From the NCBI GenBank assembly GCA_035687895.1, contig DASRUE010000196.1, forward strand, positions 1,489 to 65,488: a stretch of 64,000 nt of DNA. Direction: 5' to 3'. Every line of letters starts with the position of its first letter. Position 1 is the stretch's first letter. The stretch is from Bacteroidota bacterium (GTDB lineage: Bacteria; Bacteroidota; Ignavibacteria; UBA10030; UBA6906). Shown piece by piece: positions 37,756-46,981 of the stretch. Both the position numbers and the translations under genes were made by a program. The notes below the pieces were generated by a model. The model did no database searches and was not told the origin of the DNA. It saw only the letters and a list, made by a program, of their open reading frames with translations.

Positions 37756-39627
37756 GTGTCAATTTCGGGAAATGTACATCCCCTACAACGGCCCCTCGAG
37801 GATGAGGAAGCATCATCCGTGTCGTCACACCCAGCGAACGACACCATGTCGAACGGTGCTGGACAACCATTCATGTCCTCCTTCATGGAGCATTTGGTCC
37901 GATCCAAGATCGTGACTGAGGAAGTTGCACTTCGGGCGTCGGCATGGAAACACGAACAGAATGGACGCGGGAAGAAAAGCCTCGTGGAAATCCTTGCGGA
38001 TGAGTTCAGCGTTCCACGGGACATCCTATATAATGAAGTCGCTCACTTCTACTCCTTTCGCATGATCGACCTTAATGATCGGAATGCAAGGAGGCTACCT
38101 CCGTCGACGGTCAACAAACTTCTTGCTGGGCTTCCGGAGTCAATCTACCAACTGGCACTCAAGCACAAAGTTCTTCCATACGAAGTTCCCGAAAACCAGC
38201 CGGACAAAATGTTGGTCGTTACCCCCAACCCTTCTGATCGCGAAGTGTATGAAGTAGCACGTTCGTTCACCTACAAGAAGTTCGAAATATGTTACATGAA
38301 GGAGCGAGACTGGGCGGAGTTCTGGCGCCAGGTCACCTTGGATAAGCAGCAGGTTGTTAGTGGGCTCGGCGGCTCAGACTCGGTTTTTGAGGAAGAGGAT
38401 GCAGAGTTGGACTTGGTGCTGGATAAAGAGATCAACAGAAGCCAGTTGATTGCGCTGGTGGAAAATCTCTTCGCCGATGCTGTGCGTGTCGGTGCCAGTG
38501 ACATTCACATCATGCCTAAAGGAGCACGCAAGACGGTAGTCTCATTCAGACTTGACGGAAGGTTGACTGAGTGGTACACGATTGAGGATGCTCGCGCAGA
38601 AGCCGTAGTTGCGGTTGTTAAAGGCAGGGGGTTGAACCTCGACAGGTTTGAGCGTATGGCCGCCCAGGATGGCTCGGCGCAGAAGGTTATCGATAATCAA
38701 GTGGTCAGGTTTCGCATTTCGATTATTCCAGTTGTCTCGCGTGAGCTGTCCGGCAAGTTCGAATCCGTCGTGATCCGCATTTTGAAGGACGCGGACGCAT
38801 CCGTTACCCTGGAGGCAATCGGTTTCGATCCCTACTCATTGAAGGTTTTCGGTGAGGCGATCGCGAAACCGCATGGCATGGTAATTCTAACGGGACCAAC
38901 GGGGAGCGGAAAAAGCACGACACTCGTTGCTGCGCTTCGGTCCGTGATGCATCCATCACGTAATACTATTACAGTCGAAGACCCAGTGGAATATCTGCTT
39001 GAAGGAGCGCGGCAGGTAAAGCTGAACCATAAACTCAATTTCGATGATGCCTTGCGCGCGATCCTTCGTCACGATCCTGACATTGTGATGGTGGGAGAGA
39101 TCCGTGATCGAATTACCGCAGATCTTGCCATCAAGCTTGCAAATACCGGCCATCTGACATTTTCGACCCTGCACACGAATGACGCGCCAAGCGCTGTCTC
39201 GCGGCTTTTCAAAATAGGTGTGGAACCCTTTCTTCTTGCTCAGGCACTAAATATTGTAGTTGCGCAACGTCTTGTCCGAAAACTCTGTGAAAAGTGCAAA
39301 CAGCCTGTTTCACAGGTGAGCGATATGCTTCTCGCAAAGACAGGATTTACGCAGGAAGAGGCAGAGACAACAACGTTTTACCGGGCAGTGGGATGTATCA
39401 ATTGCGTTGGTGGGTTCAAGGGCCGTACTGCGATTCACGAGTCGCTGTATGTGACGCAAGAAGTCCGAGACATTATCCTTGAGAGTGGAGACAAGATCGA
39501 CGTTAACGCCATCCGTGATACGGCTGTGGCCCACGGCATGCAGACGCTTCGACAGTCTGGTATTGAATTGGTGAAGAGTGGCATCACTACAATGGATGAG
39601 ATCATCAGTGGCACCACAAACGACTGA
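37756..39627 (+). CDS. pilB: GspE/PilB-family secretion ATPase (type IV pilus extension ATPase-like), copy 1
   Basis: It has the Walker A LTGPTGSGKSTTL, the Asp and His boxes, and a tetracysteine CxxC...CxxC. Its N-terminal GSPII_E_N region carries MshEN-like repeats. It uses a GTG start, with AAGGAG 9 nt upstream. Confidence 0.85.
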   Translation: MSISGNVHPLQRPLEDEEASSVSSHPANDTMSNGAGQPFMSSFMEHLVRSKIVTEEVALRASAWKHEQNGRGKKSLVEILADEFSVPRDILYNEVAHFYSFRMIDLNDRNARRLPPSTVNKLLAGLPESIYQLALKHKVLPYEVPENQPDKMLVVTPNPSDREVYEVARSFTYKKFEICYMKERDWAEFWRQVTLDKQQVVSGLGGSDSVFEEEDAELDLVLDKEINRSQLIALVENLFADAVRVGASDIHIMPKGARKTVVSFRLDGRLTEWYTIEDARAEAVVAVVKGRGLNLDRFERMAAQDGSAQKVIDNQVVRFRISIIPVVSRELSGKFESVVIRILKDADASVTLEAIGFDPYSLKVFGEAIAKPHGMVILTGPTGSGKSTTLVAALRSVMHPSRNTITVEDPVEYLLEGARQVKLNHKLNFDDALRAILRHDPDIVMVGEIRDRITADLAIKLANTGHLTFSTLHTNDAPSAVSRLFKIGVEPFLLAQALNIVVAQRLVRKLCEKCKQPVSQVSDMLLAKTGFTQEEAETTTFYRAVGCINCVGGFKGRTAIHESLYVTQEVRDIILESGDKIDVNAIRDTAVAHGMQTLRQSGIELVKSGITTMDEIISGTTND

Positions 39628-39850
39628 TTCGTTAAAGTTCGTCATTACAATAGGTATCGGAAATTCTGACTCTCGTCCAGTTACTTTTACCACAAGCATC
39701 CAAAACCCACACCAGAAAGCCTGTTTTGACGGTCGCTCAATGAATTCTAATTCTGGCATGGCGCTTGGGACATTCTGTTGCACAAACACAAATGAATACA
39801 AACAACTAACTCCCACATTTAATCACATTCACCAATAAAGGAGCTCCACC

Positions 39851-40243
39851 ATGGGACAGCAGCAACTTTTGTTAATCATCCTTGGCGTCATCGTTGTCGG
39901 TATCGCAGTGGCGGTCGGCATCACGATGTTCCAGGATAACGCAGTGTCGGCGAACCGCGATGCGGTCACGAACGATCTCGTGAACCTCGCCTCACGTGCG
40001 CAACAGTACTATCGTCGTCCGACGGCGTTGGGTGGCGGCCAGGGTGACTTTGACGGTCTGACCCTCGTAAAGCTGACCTCCAAGTCAATCAATGCAAACG
40101 GTTCATACGGGCTGACCTCGGCAGCAGGCCAGACAGCTGTTATCGAAGGATATGGCACGGAGAATGGCAATGACGGTTCGACGGTGATTCATCTTACGAT
40201 GAACGTGCTTTCGGATAGCACGTACATTGTAGAAGTTAACTAA
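39851..40243 (+). CDS. Pilin-like protein with a non-canonical N-terminus (MGQQQLLLIILGVIVVGIAVAVG...), candidate major subunit
   Basis: It has a strong SD, AAAGGAG, and an N-terminal hydrophobic helix at residues 5-27. A terminator hairpin follows it. It lacks the G-F-T-L-I-E prepilin motif. Confidence 0.55.
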   Translation: MGQQQLLLIILGVIVVGIAVAVGITMFQDNAVSANRDAVTNDLVNLASRAQQYYRRPTALGGGQGDFDGLTLVKLTSKSINANGSYGLTSAAGQTAVIEGYGTENGNDGSTVIHLTMNVLSDSTYIVEVN

Positions 40244-40252
40244 CGCATGCTT

Positions 40253-40292
40253 GAACGGGCTTCCCTTGTCGGGGAGCCCGTTCACTATTTTC
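40253..40292 (+). terminator. Intrinsic terminator/attenuator between tandem pilin-like paralogs
   Basis: A GAACGGGCTTCCC-TTGTC-GGGGAGCCCGTTC stem-loop is followed by ACTATTTTCAC. Confidence 0.5.
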
Positions 40293-40308
40293 ACAAAACG
40301 GTAAAGCC

Positions 40309-40719
40309 ATGGGCACTCAACAGTTATTGCTAATCGTCGTCGGCGTCGTCCTCGTTGGAATCATGATTGCAGTGGGACTCTTCATGTTTCGGGACCAGGC
40401 GGCTGCCACGAACAGAGATGCGCTCACAAACGATCTGACACATCTTGCTTCGGCGGCACAGCAGCACTATCGGCGCCCAACGGTTTTTGGTGGTGGACAG
40501 AGGAGATTTACAGGTCTCACGTTGAGCAAGCTGACGACAAAACCCATCAACGCTAATGGGACGTACTCACTGTCTCCGGATCCAGTAACAGGAACACCGG
40601 CCTCGGTTCAGATTACCGGGATTGGGCGTGAAACTGGAATTGATGGGACTAATAAGGTCAAAGTTGTTGTGCTGGTATTCCCCGACAGCGTCTATGTAGA
40701 CGACTCCAACGGCAACTAG
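40309..40719 (+). CDS. Pilin-like protein, tandem paralog (MGTQQLLLIVVGVVLVGIMIAVG...)
   Basis: It shares the first-gene N-terminus and downstream motifs (NRDA.TNDL..LAS.AQQ.YRRPT..GGGQ..F.GLTL.KLT.K.INANG.Y.L). Confidence 0.55.
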   Translation: MGTQQLLLIVVGVVLVGIMIAVGLFMFRDQAAATNRDALTNDLTHLASAAQQHYRRPTVFGGGQRRFTGLTLSKLTTKPINANGTYSLSPDPVTGTPASVQITGIGRETGIDGTNKVKVVVLVFPDSVYVDDSNGN

Positions 40720-40796
40720 ACCGATGTTCGGAAGCAACAGTCTGAGCAACACAAAAAAGAGGATGTAGGAATCTAGACAGAGGATTAGTACAAACA

Positions 40797-40840
40797 GGGG
40801 GGAGTCGTAATAGGGGGTACCTCCCCTTGTTGGTTCGCTT
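40797..40840 (+). terminator. Candidate terminator hairpin
   Basis: A GGGGGGAG...CTCCCC stem is followed by TTGTTGGTT. Confidence 0.3.
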
Positions 40841-40960
40841 GTTTTGCTAGGTGGGGGATCTAGTAAGACGTCGGGCGATTCCAACGGGGGAGCTTACCCT
40901 TTACGTGTTCAATAGAGAGAGTGTGATACAGCGTACAATTTAACGTAAGAGGAATGCATC

Positions 40961-42340
40961 ATGGCAGAGTTCAGAATCGAAGGTGTCACTGCTGGTGGAA
41001 AACCGGTCCAAGGTATCCTGGAAGCGGACTCCACCCGGTCGGCCAAGCAGAAAGCAGCAGTCATGGCGCAGCAGCGAAAATTCAAGCTGTTGCATGTTGT
41101 TCCTCGCTCCACGTGGGTGTACAAAGTACAGCGCGGGACGGAGAAACCTGTAATTGGTGAGCAGAAAGCCTTCACCAAAGGAGAGGTTCAGGAAGCCCTT
41201 CAGAAAATGGGCTACCGTGTAATCCGAATTCAGAAGCGGCTCATCAACTTCAAAGCAAGACCGCCCGCTACTGAAATCGTGACCTTCGTGCGGGTGAGTG
41301 CGGACCTTATACGGCAGAAGCTTCCGTTCAATGAGATCATGCAGTTGCTGGTGAACGACATTCAGAACAGGACCCTGCGCGAGGCGATCAAGGATATCAA
41401 CGCCGAACTGAAACAGGGCAAAGACAGCGAGCGTGCGTTCATCAAGCACGAAGCAGTTCTCGGTCGGTTCACCGCCCACATGCTCGGCTTGGCCTCGAAG
41501 AGTGGTAACATGGCCGAAATCTATGACAGCACGGCGAAGTTTTTGGAGCGCCAGTCGGAATTTAAAAAGAACCTCAAGAGCGCGCTGATCATGCCCATTG
41601 TGACTCTCTTCGTTCTGTTCGGTGCGGTGGTTTACTATGTCGGATACATCTTTCCGGCGACTGCCAATTTGTTCCGGAAGTTTAATATTGAACTACCGCC
41701 AATGACCCGGGCAACGCTCGCGCTTAGCGATTTTCTGGTGGAGAACATTGTGATAATTCTCATCGGGACAATCATCCCCACCATTCTCGCAGTTCGTTTC
41801 TTCACGACGGAAAAGGGGCGTTTCATTCTTGATCGTTACATCTGGAAGGTCCCCGCAATGGGACAACTCCTCCATAAAATGAGTATCGAGATCTTCTGCC
41901 GGGTATTCTATGCCCTGTACAGTGGGGCGGGCGAGAATATCGAGGTCATCCGTATGGCATCTGAGGCATGCGGCAACAAGTACATGGAGCACCAAATCAA
42001 GACCATCGCACTTCCCCTGATGATTCAAAAAGGTGCGGGTATCACCGAAGCGTTCGAAGCGACGGGTGTCTTTACGAAAACTGCGATTTCGCGATTCCAC
42101 TCGGGAGCCGAGACAGGGACAGTAAAGAACACGGCCCTTCAGCTGGCGGAGTACTACGAGAAGGAAACGTCGTACAAAATGAGGAATGCGATTGACTATA
42201 TTCAGTTGATGATTTCGATGATCATCATGGTTGTGTTGACGGCCCTGACGATTGTGTCGTCCGAGACGGCGACCATTCGGCCCAAGAACCCGGCGCTGGG
42301 TCACGCCACAGTGCAGCACGCTGAAAAGTCCTTGACGTAA
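40961..42340 (+). CDS. pilC: Type IV pilus/T2SS platform protein (two T2SSF domains)
   Basis: It has duplicated GspF-like domains and three TM segments. It is 459 aa, with SD AAGAGGAA. Confidence 0.85.
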   Translation: MAEFRIEGVTAGGKPVQGILEADSTRSAKQKAAVMAQQRKFKLLHVVPRSTWVYKVQRGTEKPVIGEQKAFTKGEVQEALQKMGYRVIRIQKRLINFKARPPATEIVTFVRVSADLIRQKLPFNEIMQLLVNDIQNRTLREAIKDINAELKQGKDSERAFIKHEAVLGRFTAHMLGLASKSGNMAEIYDSTAKFLERQSEFKKNLKSALIMPIVTLFVLFGAVVYYVGYIFPATANLFRKFNIELPPMTRATLALSDFLVENIVIILIGTIIPTILAVRFFTTEKGRFILDRYIWKVPAMGQLLHKMSIEIFCRVFYALYSGAGENIEVIRMASEACGNKYMEHQIKTIALPLMIQKGAGITEAFEATGVFTKTAISRFHSGAETGTVKNTALQLAEYYEKETSYKMRNAIDYIQLMISMIIMVVLTALTIVSSETATIRPKNPALGHATVQHAEKSLT

Positions 42341-42376
42341 TGTGTGTCTATCCCCCAACAATGAACAGACAGCGCA

Positions 42377-44164
42377 ATGGCACAGATTGACATTACAGAT
42401 AAGATAGGGTTCGCACTCCTCAAAAAAGGAATCATTGACTACGAGACGCTGGAGAAGTCGCTCAAGGTCAAAGACTCCGAAGGGAAGAAGAACCGGCGGA
42501 ATCTAGGGCAGATCCTCGTCCACGATTTCAATGCCGACCACGACGCGGTGTTCAGAGAAGTTGCCGATCTCTATGCGTTCCGGGAGATCTACCTTGCTGA
42601 TGAAAACATCGAGAAACAACGGATTGATTTCATTAGGAAGTTTGTTGATGCTCTTTCCGAGAGCGCACGCGACATGATGTTGCAGGCCAAGATTCTCCCA
42701 CTCAAGTTCGACGAGAAACAACCGGATAAGTTGGTGGTAATTGCCGCCGACCCGACCGATCGACGCATCCCGCTGGTTGCCCGCAATTTCGGCGTGAAGA
42801 AGTACGAGGTTGTGTACACCCGCCTCAAGGAACTGCAGAACCTCATGGAACAGGTTGTTCCACCGGAGAATGAGTTCCTCCGACTTCTTGAGGATTCACA
42901 GGTCGGCATCGAGGTAAAGGAAGATGAAAGCGCCGTTGATGAAGAGGCGCTCGAAGCGGAGATCGGAAAAAGCGCGTTGGTTAACCTCGTGGAAGGCTCG
43001 TTGATTGAAGCCGTGCGCCAGGGGGTGAGTGATATCCACATTATCGCAAAGGAAGGGAACCGAACCGAGTTTTGGTTTCGAGTGGATGGGAATCTGAAGC
43101 TGTGGCATGTGCAAGAGAACACGATGCCCGAGGCAGTTGCCGCAGTTGTTAAAGACCGTTCCAAGAATATAGACCGTTTCGAACGCGAAATGTCTCAGGA
43201 CGGTTTCATCCAGCGGCTTATCGACGACCACATGATCCGCTTCCGCGTCTCCATCATGCCGATCGTGGGTGTCGAATTCAGACACAAGTTTGAAAGCATC
43301 GTCATCCGTGTGCTGGACGATCGAAAGGTTATCACTGACCTGGATAAGCTGGGCTTGCAGGGCCCAGCGAAAGATTTCTTCTACAAAGCCATTGAGAAAC
43401 CTCAGGGGATCGTCATCCTGACCGGGCCGACTGGAAGCGGTAAGAGCACAACTCTGGTTGCTGCCTTGCACCAGGTGATTGACCCGACGGTGAATGTCCT
43501 CACAGTCGAAGACCCGGTCGAATATATTATACGCGGTGCACGTCAGCTGAAAATTGGCCCAAAAATGAACTTCGATCTGGCCATCCGCGGTATTCTCCGG
43601 CATGACCCGGACATTGTGCTCGTCGGCGAAATGCGTGACAAAGCAACGTCAGAAATCGCCATCAAGCTCGCTAACACAGGCCACCTCACGTTCTCCACGC
43701 TTCACACAAACGATGCACCGAGCGCTGTTGCTAGACTGTACAAAATGGGGATCGAGCCATTTCTGATCGCGTATGCCATTAATATAATTGTGGCCCAGCG
43801 TCTTGTCCGGACGTTGTGCAAAGTCTGCAGACGCCTCATCCCCAAGGAGGAAATTGACCGGGACGTATACCTGAAATTTGGTTTCGCGGAAGAAGACCTT
43901 GAAACACGGACAATGTACGAAGCGGTTGGTTGCGATAAGTGTAATGGAGGATACAAAGGACGTGCTGCAATCCACGAGGCGCTGTATTTCACCCGTGAGA
44001 TTCGCGGGTTGATCGTCAAGGCCGGTGGCGACATTGATGAGGAACAGATTCGCAACCAGGCGATGAAAGATGGGATGTGGACCCTTCGCAGGGCGGGTAT
44101 TGAGAGGATCAAGGATGGTATAACGACGCTCGAAGAAATTGCATCAGCAACAACGGATGATTAA
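42377..44164 (+). CDS. GspE/PilB-family secretion ATPase, copy 2
   Basis: It has the Walker A LTGPTGSGKSTTL and a tetracysteine. Its N-terminus carries MshEN-like motifs (IGFALLKKGIIDYETLEKSL; RNLGQILV...). Confidence 0.85.
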   Translation: MAQIDITDKIGFALLKKGIIDYETLEKSLKVKDSEGKKNRRNLGQILVHDFNADHDAVFREVADLYAFREIYLADENIEKQRIDFIRKFVDALSESARDMMLQAKILPLKFDEKQPDKLVVIAADPTDRRIPLVARNFGVKKYEVVYTRLKELQNLMEQVVPPENEFLRLLEDSQVGIEVKEDESAVDEEALEAEIGKSALVNLVEGSLIEAVRQGVSDIHIIAKEGNRTEFWFRVDGNLKLWHVQENTMPEAVAAVVKDRSKNIDRFEREMSQDGFIQRLIDDHMIRFRVSIMPIVGVEFRHKFESIVIRVLDDRKVITDLDKLGLQGPAKDFFYKAIEKPQGIVILTGPTGSGKSTTLVAALHQVIDPTVNVLTVEDPVEYIIRGARQLKIGPKMNFDLAIRGILRHDPDIVLVGEMRDKATSEIAIKLANTGHLTFSTLHTNDAPSAVARLYKMGIEPFLIAYAINIIVAQRLVRTLCKVCRRLIPKEEIDRDVYLKFGFAEEDLETRTMYEAVGCDKCNGGYKGRAAIHEALYFTREIRGLIVKAGGDIDEEQIRNQAMKDGMWTLRRAGIERIKDGITTLEEIASATTDD

Positions 44165-44215
44165 CCCGATGGAATGTGCGAATACACTCGCTATCAGAAA
44201 CCTCCGGGGTGACGT

Positions 44216-44782
44216 ATGAACCTCGGTCAAAGCATGCTGGTCATTGGTGCAATATTGCTTCTGGGGATTCTTACCCTTAACGCCAACAGGACAGTGATGG
44301 AGACAAATGATGTAACAAATTCAAGCGAGTTCGGAATTGCCGCGGTGTCGCTGGCGACGTCTCTGGTTGAGGAGGCAATGGGGAAGATGTTCGATGAAGT
44401 TGTGGCTGACACGGTGCCTCCAACGATGGCTCTGTCGATTCTCTCGACTACCCTGCAGAAGGAATCAGGCGAGCGGTATCGCGGCGGCACAAACGACTTT
44501 GACGATATTGATGACTACAATAACCTGTTTGTAGTCTATACAAGCCCGAATGACATGAGCGCGGTTGCCGGTGCGGATACGATTCTCGTTGTTCCTGGGT
44601 TGAGAGCCAGATACTATGTGAGAGCAAGAGTCAACTACGTCAACAGTACAGCTCTTGATGACACCACTTCTGCGCGAACGTGGCACAAGAAGATCCGAGT
44701 GGAAGTCACGAGTCCCCGGATATTACCGATCGGGCAGGCACAGGATACACTCGTGTATCCGGCCGTAATGAGTTATTGGTGA
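44216..44782 (+). CDS. Pilin-like/minor-pilin candidate (N-terminal TM helix then L.N.NR motif)
   Basis: The N-terminus is MNLGQSMLVIGAILLLGILTLNANRT. It has no prepilin Gly-Phe/Glu5 motif. Confidence 0.4.
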   Translation: MNLGQSMLVIGAILLLGILTLNANRTVMETNDVTNSSEFGIAAVSLATSLVEEAMGKMFDEVVADTVPPTMALSILSTTLQKESGERYRGGTNDFDDIDDYNNLFVVYTSPNDMSAVAGADTILVVPGLRARYYVRARVNYVNSTALDDTTSARTWHKKIRVEVTSPRILPIGQAQDTLVYPAVMSYW

Positions 44783-44813
44783 GTATGAGAATCTGCCTTG
44801 TGGAAGGGATATC

Positions 44814-45437
44814 ATGAGTGTAATTCTTGATTTAATCTGGTCGACGTTGATCGCAGCCTTCGTCATCCTATTGGGGTTGCGCCTGAACGCGAGTATTGCG
44901 GGGAGTGCAGATGCTTCAAAGGCCAGTCTCAACGTCCAGGAATCTTTGGTTGACATCGTTCAAACGATCGAGTACGATTTCAGGAAAATCGCATACCGAA
45001 TTGCTGATCCTTCGGCCGCAATTATCGTAGCTGACTCGAGTCGGTTGACCTTCTTGTCGGACATTGACAACAACGGCACCATTGATACGGTTTCGTGGTA
45101 TGCGGGACCGAAACTCACGTCGATGGCAAACCCGAACATCCGCGGCCTCTTCAGATCAGTGAGTGGAGAAGGGGCGGTCGCAGCGCCAGGGTTGGGTGTG
45201 ACAGAGTTTCATCTCAAGTACCTGGATCAGGATGGAGTCGAGATTTCGTCGTCGTACCCGCTACCAATAGCCGACCTTCGACGGATCTGGATCATAGAGA
45301 CGACGATGATGATTGAGAGTCCATACAAGGTGCAAGATCAACTGAATCCTGAAATGAGTTATGCAGATATGGGATACGCTGCTGCCTTTTGGAGACAAAC
45401 GCGGCTTGCATCGCGCAATATCCGGCGGCACGGCTAG
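44814..45437 (+). CDS. Pilin-like/minor-pilin candidate (PilW/GspJ-like region SDIDNNGTIDTVSWY)
   Basis: The N-terminus is MSVILDLIWSTLIAAFVILLGLRLNAS, with SD GGAAGGG. Confidence 0.45.
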   Translation: MSVILDLIWSTLIAAFVILLGLRLNASIAGSADASKASLNVQESLVDIVQTIEYDFRKIAYRIADPSAAIIVADSSRLTFLSDIDNNGTIDTVSWYAGPKLTSMANPNIRGLFRSVSGEGAVAAPGLGVTEFHLKYLDQDGVEISSSYPLPIADLRRIWIIETTMMIESPYKVQDQLNPEMSYADMGYAAAFWRQTRLASRNIRRHG

Positions 45438-45488
45438 GCACCGGCGAATGATAGCAGGTTCTAGTTCTTCATCTAAGTAGGGGGATCT

Positions 45489-46820
45489 ATGGGAAAAGCA
45501 AGTATCGTCTATGTGATCGGGTTGACTCTTGTTCTGGGTATCGCACTGTTCAACATCAACAGATCCAGCACGGACTCGATGGATACATATACCGAGTACT
45601 ATGGACGAACGATGGCGCACAACATCGCATCGGCAGGAGCGAACATTGCAACCAGTGCGCTACTGGTTCCTCCAGTGGCAATTGTCTCCGGCACCGATTC
45701 GTTCGCAGGGGGGACATACACCGTTCGGGTAGACAGCTTGAATTCAAACGGAGATAGTGTAGTGGTGGTGTCCACATCAAAGATTGATCTCTACGACAAC
45801 ATTGCTGAAAACCAAATCATCCGCGATACCATCGTGGCGAAACTCAGGCACCGACGGTTTGCGGAGTATGCTTATTTCTCCCAATCGGAGACGAACGGTT
45901 ACCTTGCTCCTGGGAGCACTGCGGCTCCATCAGGTGTCAATATGTGGAAAATTACAGGTGATTCACTTTTTGGACGAGCTCACACAAACGGTCGATGGAA
46001 TCTCTCAGGGAGACCGTATTTTGAGGATCGAGTAACGGCTCAGTTCGCAGCAAACCTTGCGGCAGGAGCAAATCCTATTTATAACAAGGGGTATCAGTGG
46101 CAAGTATATCTTAATCGTCCTGCAAGCAACTTGACCAATCTTGAGGCACGCGCAAACGCTGGCGGAGCCTTATTGACGAATAACGATGTTGCACTTACTT
46201 TTTTCCCTAATGGGAATGTGAATGTCCGGATTCCACCGACGACTGGCGGAACGCGCAACGATACAATTCCTATCTCGACCCTTACAAGTACGGGCGTTGT
46301 GGCCGTGAAAAACGGAGACGTGCGCGTCAAGGGGACCTACCAAGGTCAGTTGACTGTCGTGGCCCTCAAGGGAACAACTGCAGGTAATACCAAAGGGAAC
46401 ATCTGGATCGATGGAAATATTGTTGCGGCAACGAACCCGAACGGCAACATGTCTTCACCTGATATGCTCGGTCTGGTTGCCCAAAGAATGGCATATGTGA
46501 CAACCCGGGATCCAGCCACGGGGCTTTGGATCCCGCGTACATCAGCATCGGTTCTGAATATTCAGGCTGCGATCTATACGCACGAAGGGACGTTTGCCGC
46601 GCAAGAGTACAACAACACAGGTCTCGGGCTCTGCGGGAGAATCAACCAGTTCGGGGCTCTGGCGATGGCTGCATCCACTTCGACCGGTCTTATGAGCGGC
46701 GGTGTGATCTCTAATGGGTTTTTAAAGACAATTCGGCATGATCCACGGTATGATGAACAAGCGCCTCCTGGCTTTCCAGCGTCCGACAGCTACGTGCTTG
46801 TTTCGTGGTGGGAAAAATAG
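45489..46820 (+). CDS. Large pilin-like/pilus-tip candidate protein (443 aa, N-terminal TM helix)
   Basis: The N-terminus is MGKASIVYVIGLTLVLGIALFNINRS. It is Gly/Asn/Thr-rich and predicted to be beta-rich. Confidence 0.4.
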   Translation: MGKASIVYVIGLTLVLGIALFNINRSSTDSMDTYTEYYGRTMAHNIASAGANIATSALLVPPVAIVSGTDSFAGGTYTVRVDSLNSNGDSVVVVSTSKIDLYDNIAENQIIRDTIVAKLRHRRFAEYAYFSQSETNGYLAPGSTAAPSGVNMWKITGDSLFGRAHTNGRWNLSGRPYFEDRVTAQFAANLAAGANPIYNKGYQWQVYLNRPASNLTNLEARANAGGALLTNNDVALTFFPNGNVNVRIPPTTGGTRNDTIPISTLTSTGVVAVKNGDVRVKGTYQGQLTVVALKGTTAGNTKGNIWIDGNIVAATNPNGNMSSPDMLGLVAQRMAYVTTRDPATGLWIPRTSASVLNIQAAIYTHEGTFAAQEYNNTGLGLCGRINQFGALAMAASTSTGLMSGGVISNGFLKTIRHDPRYDEQAPPGFPASDSYVLVSWWEK

Positions 46821-46872
46821 GTACAACATGCAGGATATGAGATGAACGATGCTTTTCCACAAATCCCAAGAA

Positions 46873-46906
46873 ATTCATTGACATTACTTACGTCAATGAA
46901 TATATT
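46873..46906 (+). promoter_or_regulatory. Promoter TTGACA-N17-TATATT overlapped by a perfect inverted repeat ATTCATTGAC-N9-GTCAATGAAT (candidate operator) upstream of the pilT-like gene
   Basis: The 10-bp arms are perfect. They span the -35 through the -10. Confidence 0.5.
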
Positions 46907-46981
46907 CAACGTGAATTCGTGTGACCAATATCAGAGCGGACGGCGAAAGCACGCAACGGAAAGTGACCAAGAGAGCTTGAG

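Noticed and set aside
39628-39850. Sigma54 (-24/-12) promoter upstream of the first pilin-like gene
   Set aside because: Only a weak match (GGGACA-N5-TTGCA). No enhancer-binding protein gene is in the window.
41693-43603. Minus-strand ORFs of 222, 191 and 235 aa within pilC/pilB2
   Set aside because: They are antisense to genes with Walker and T2SSF signatures.
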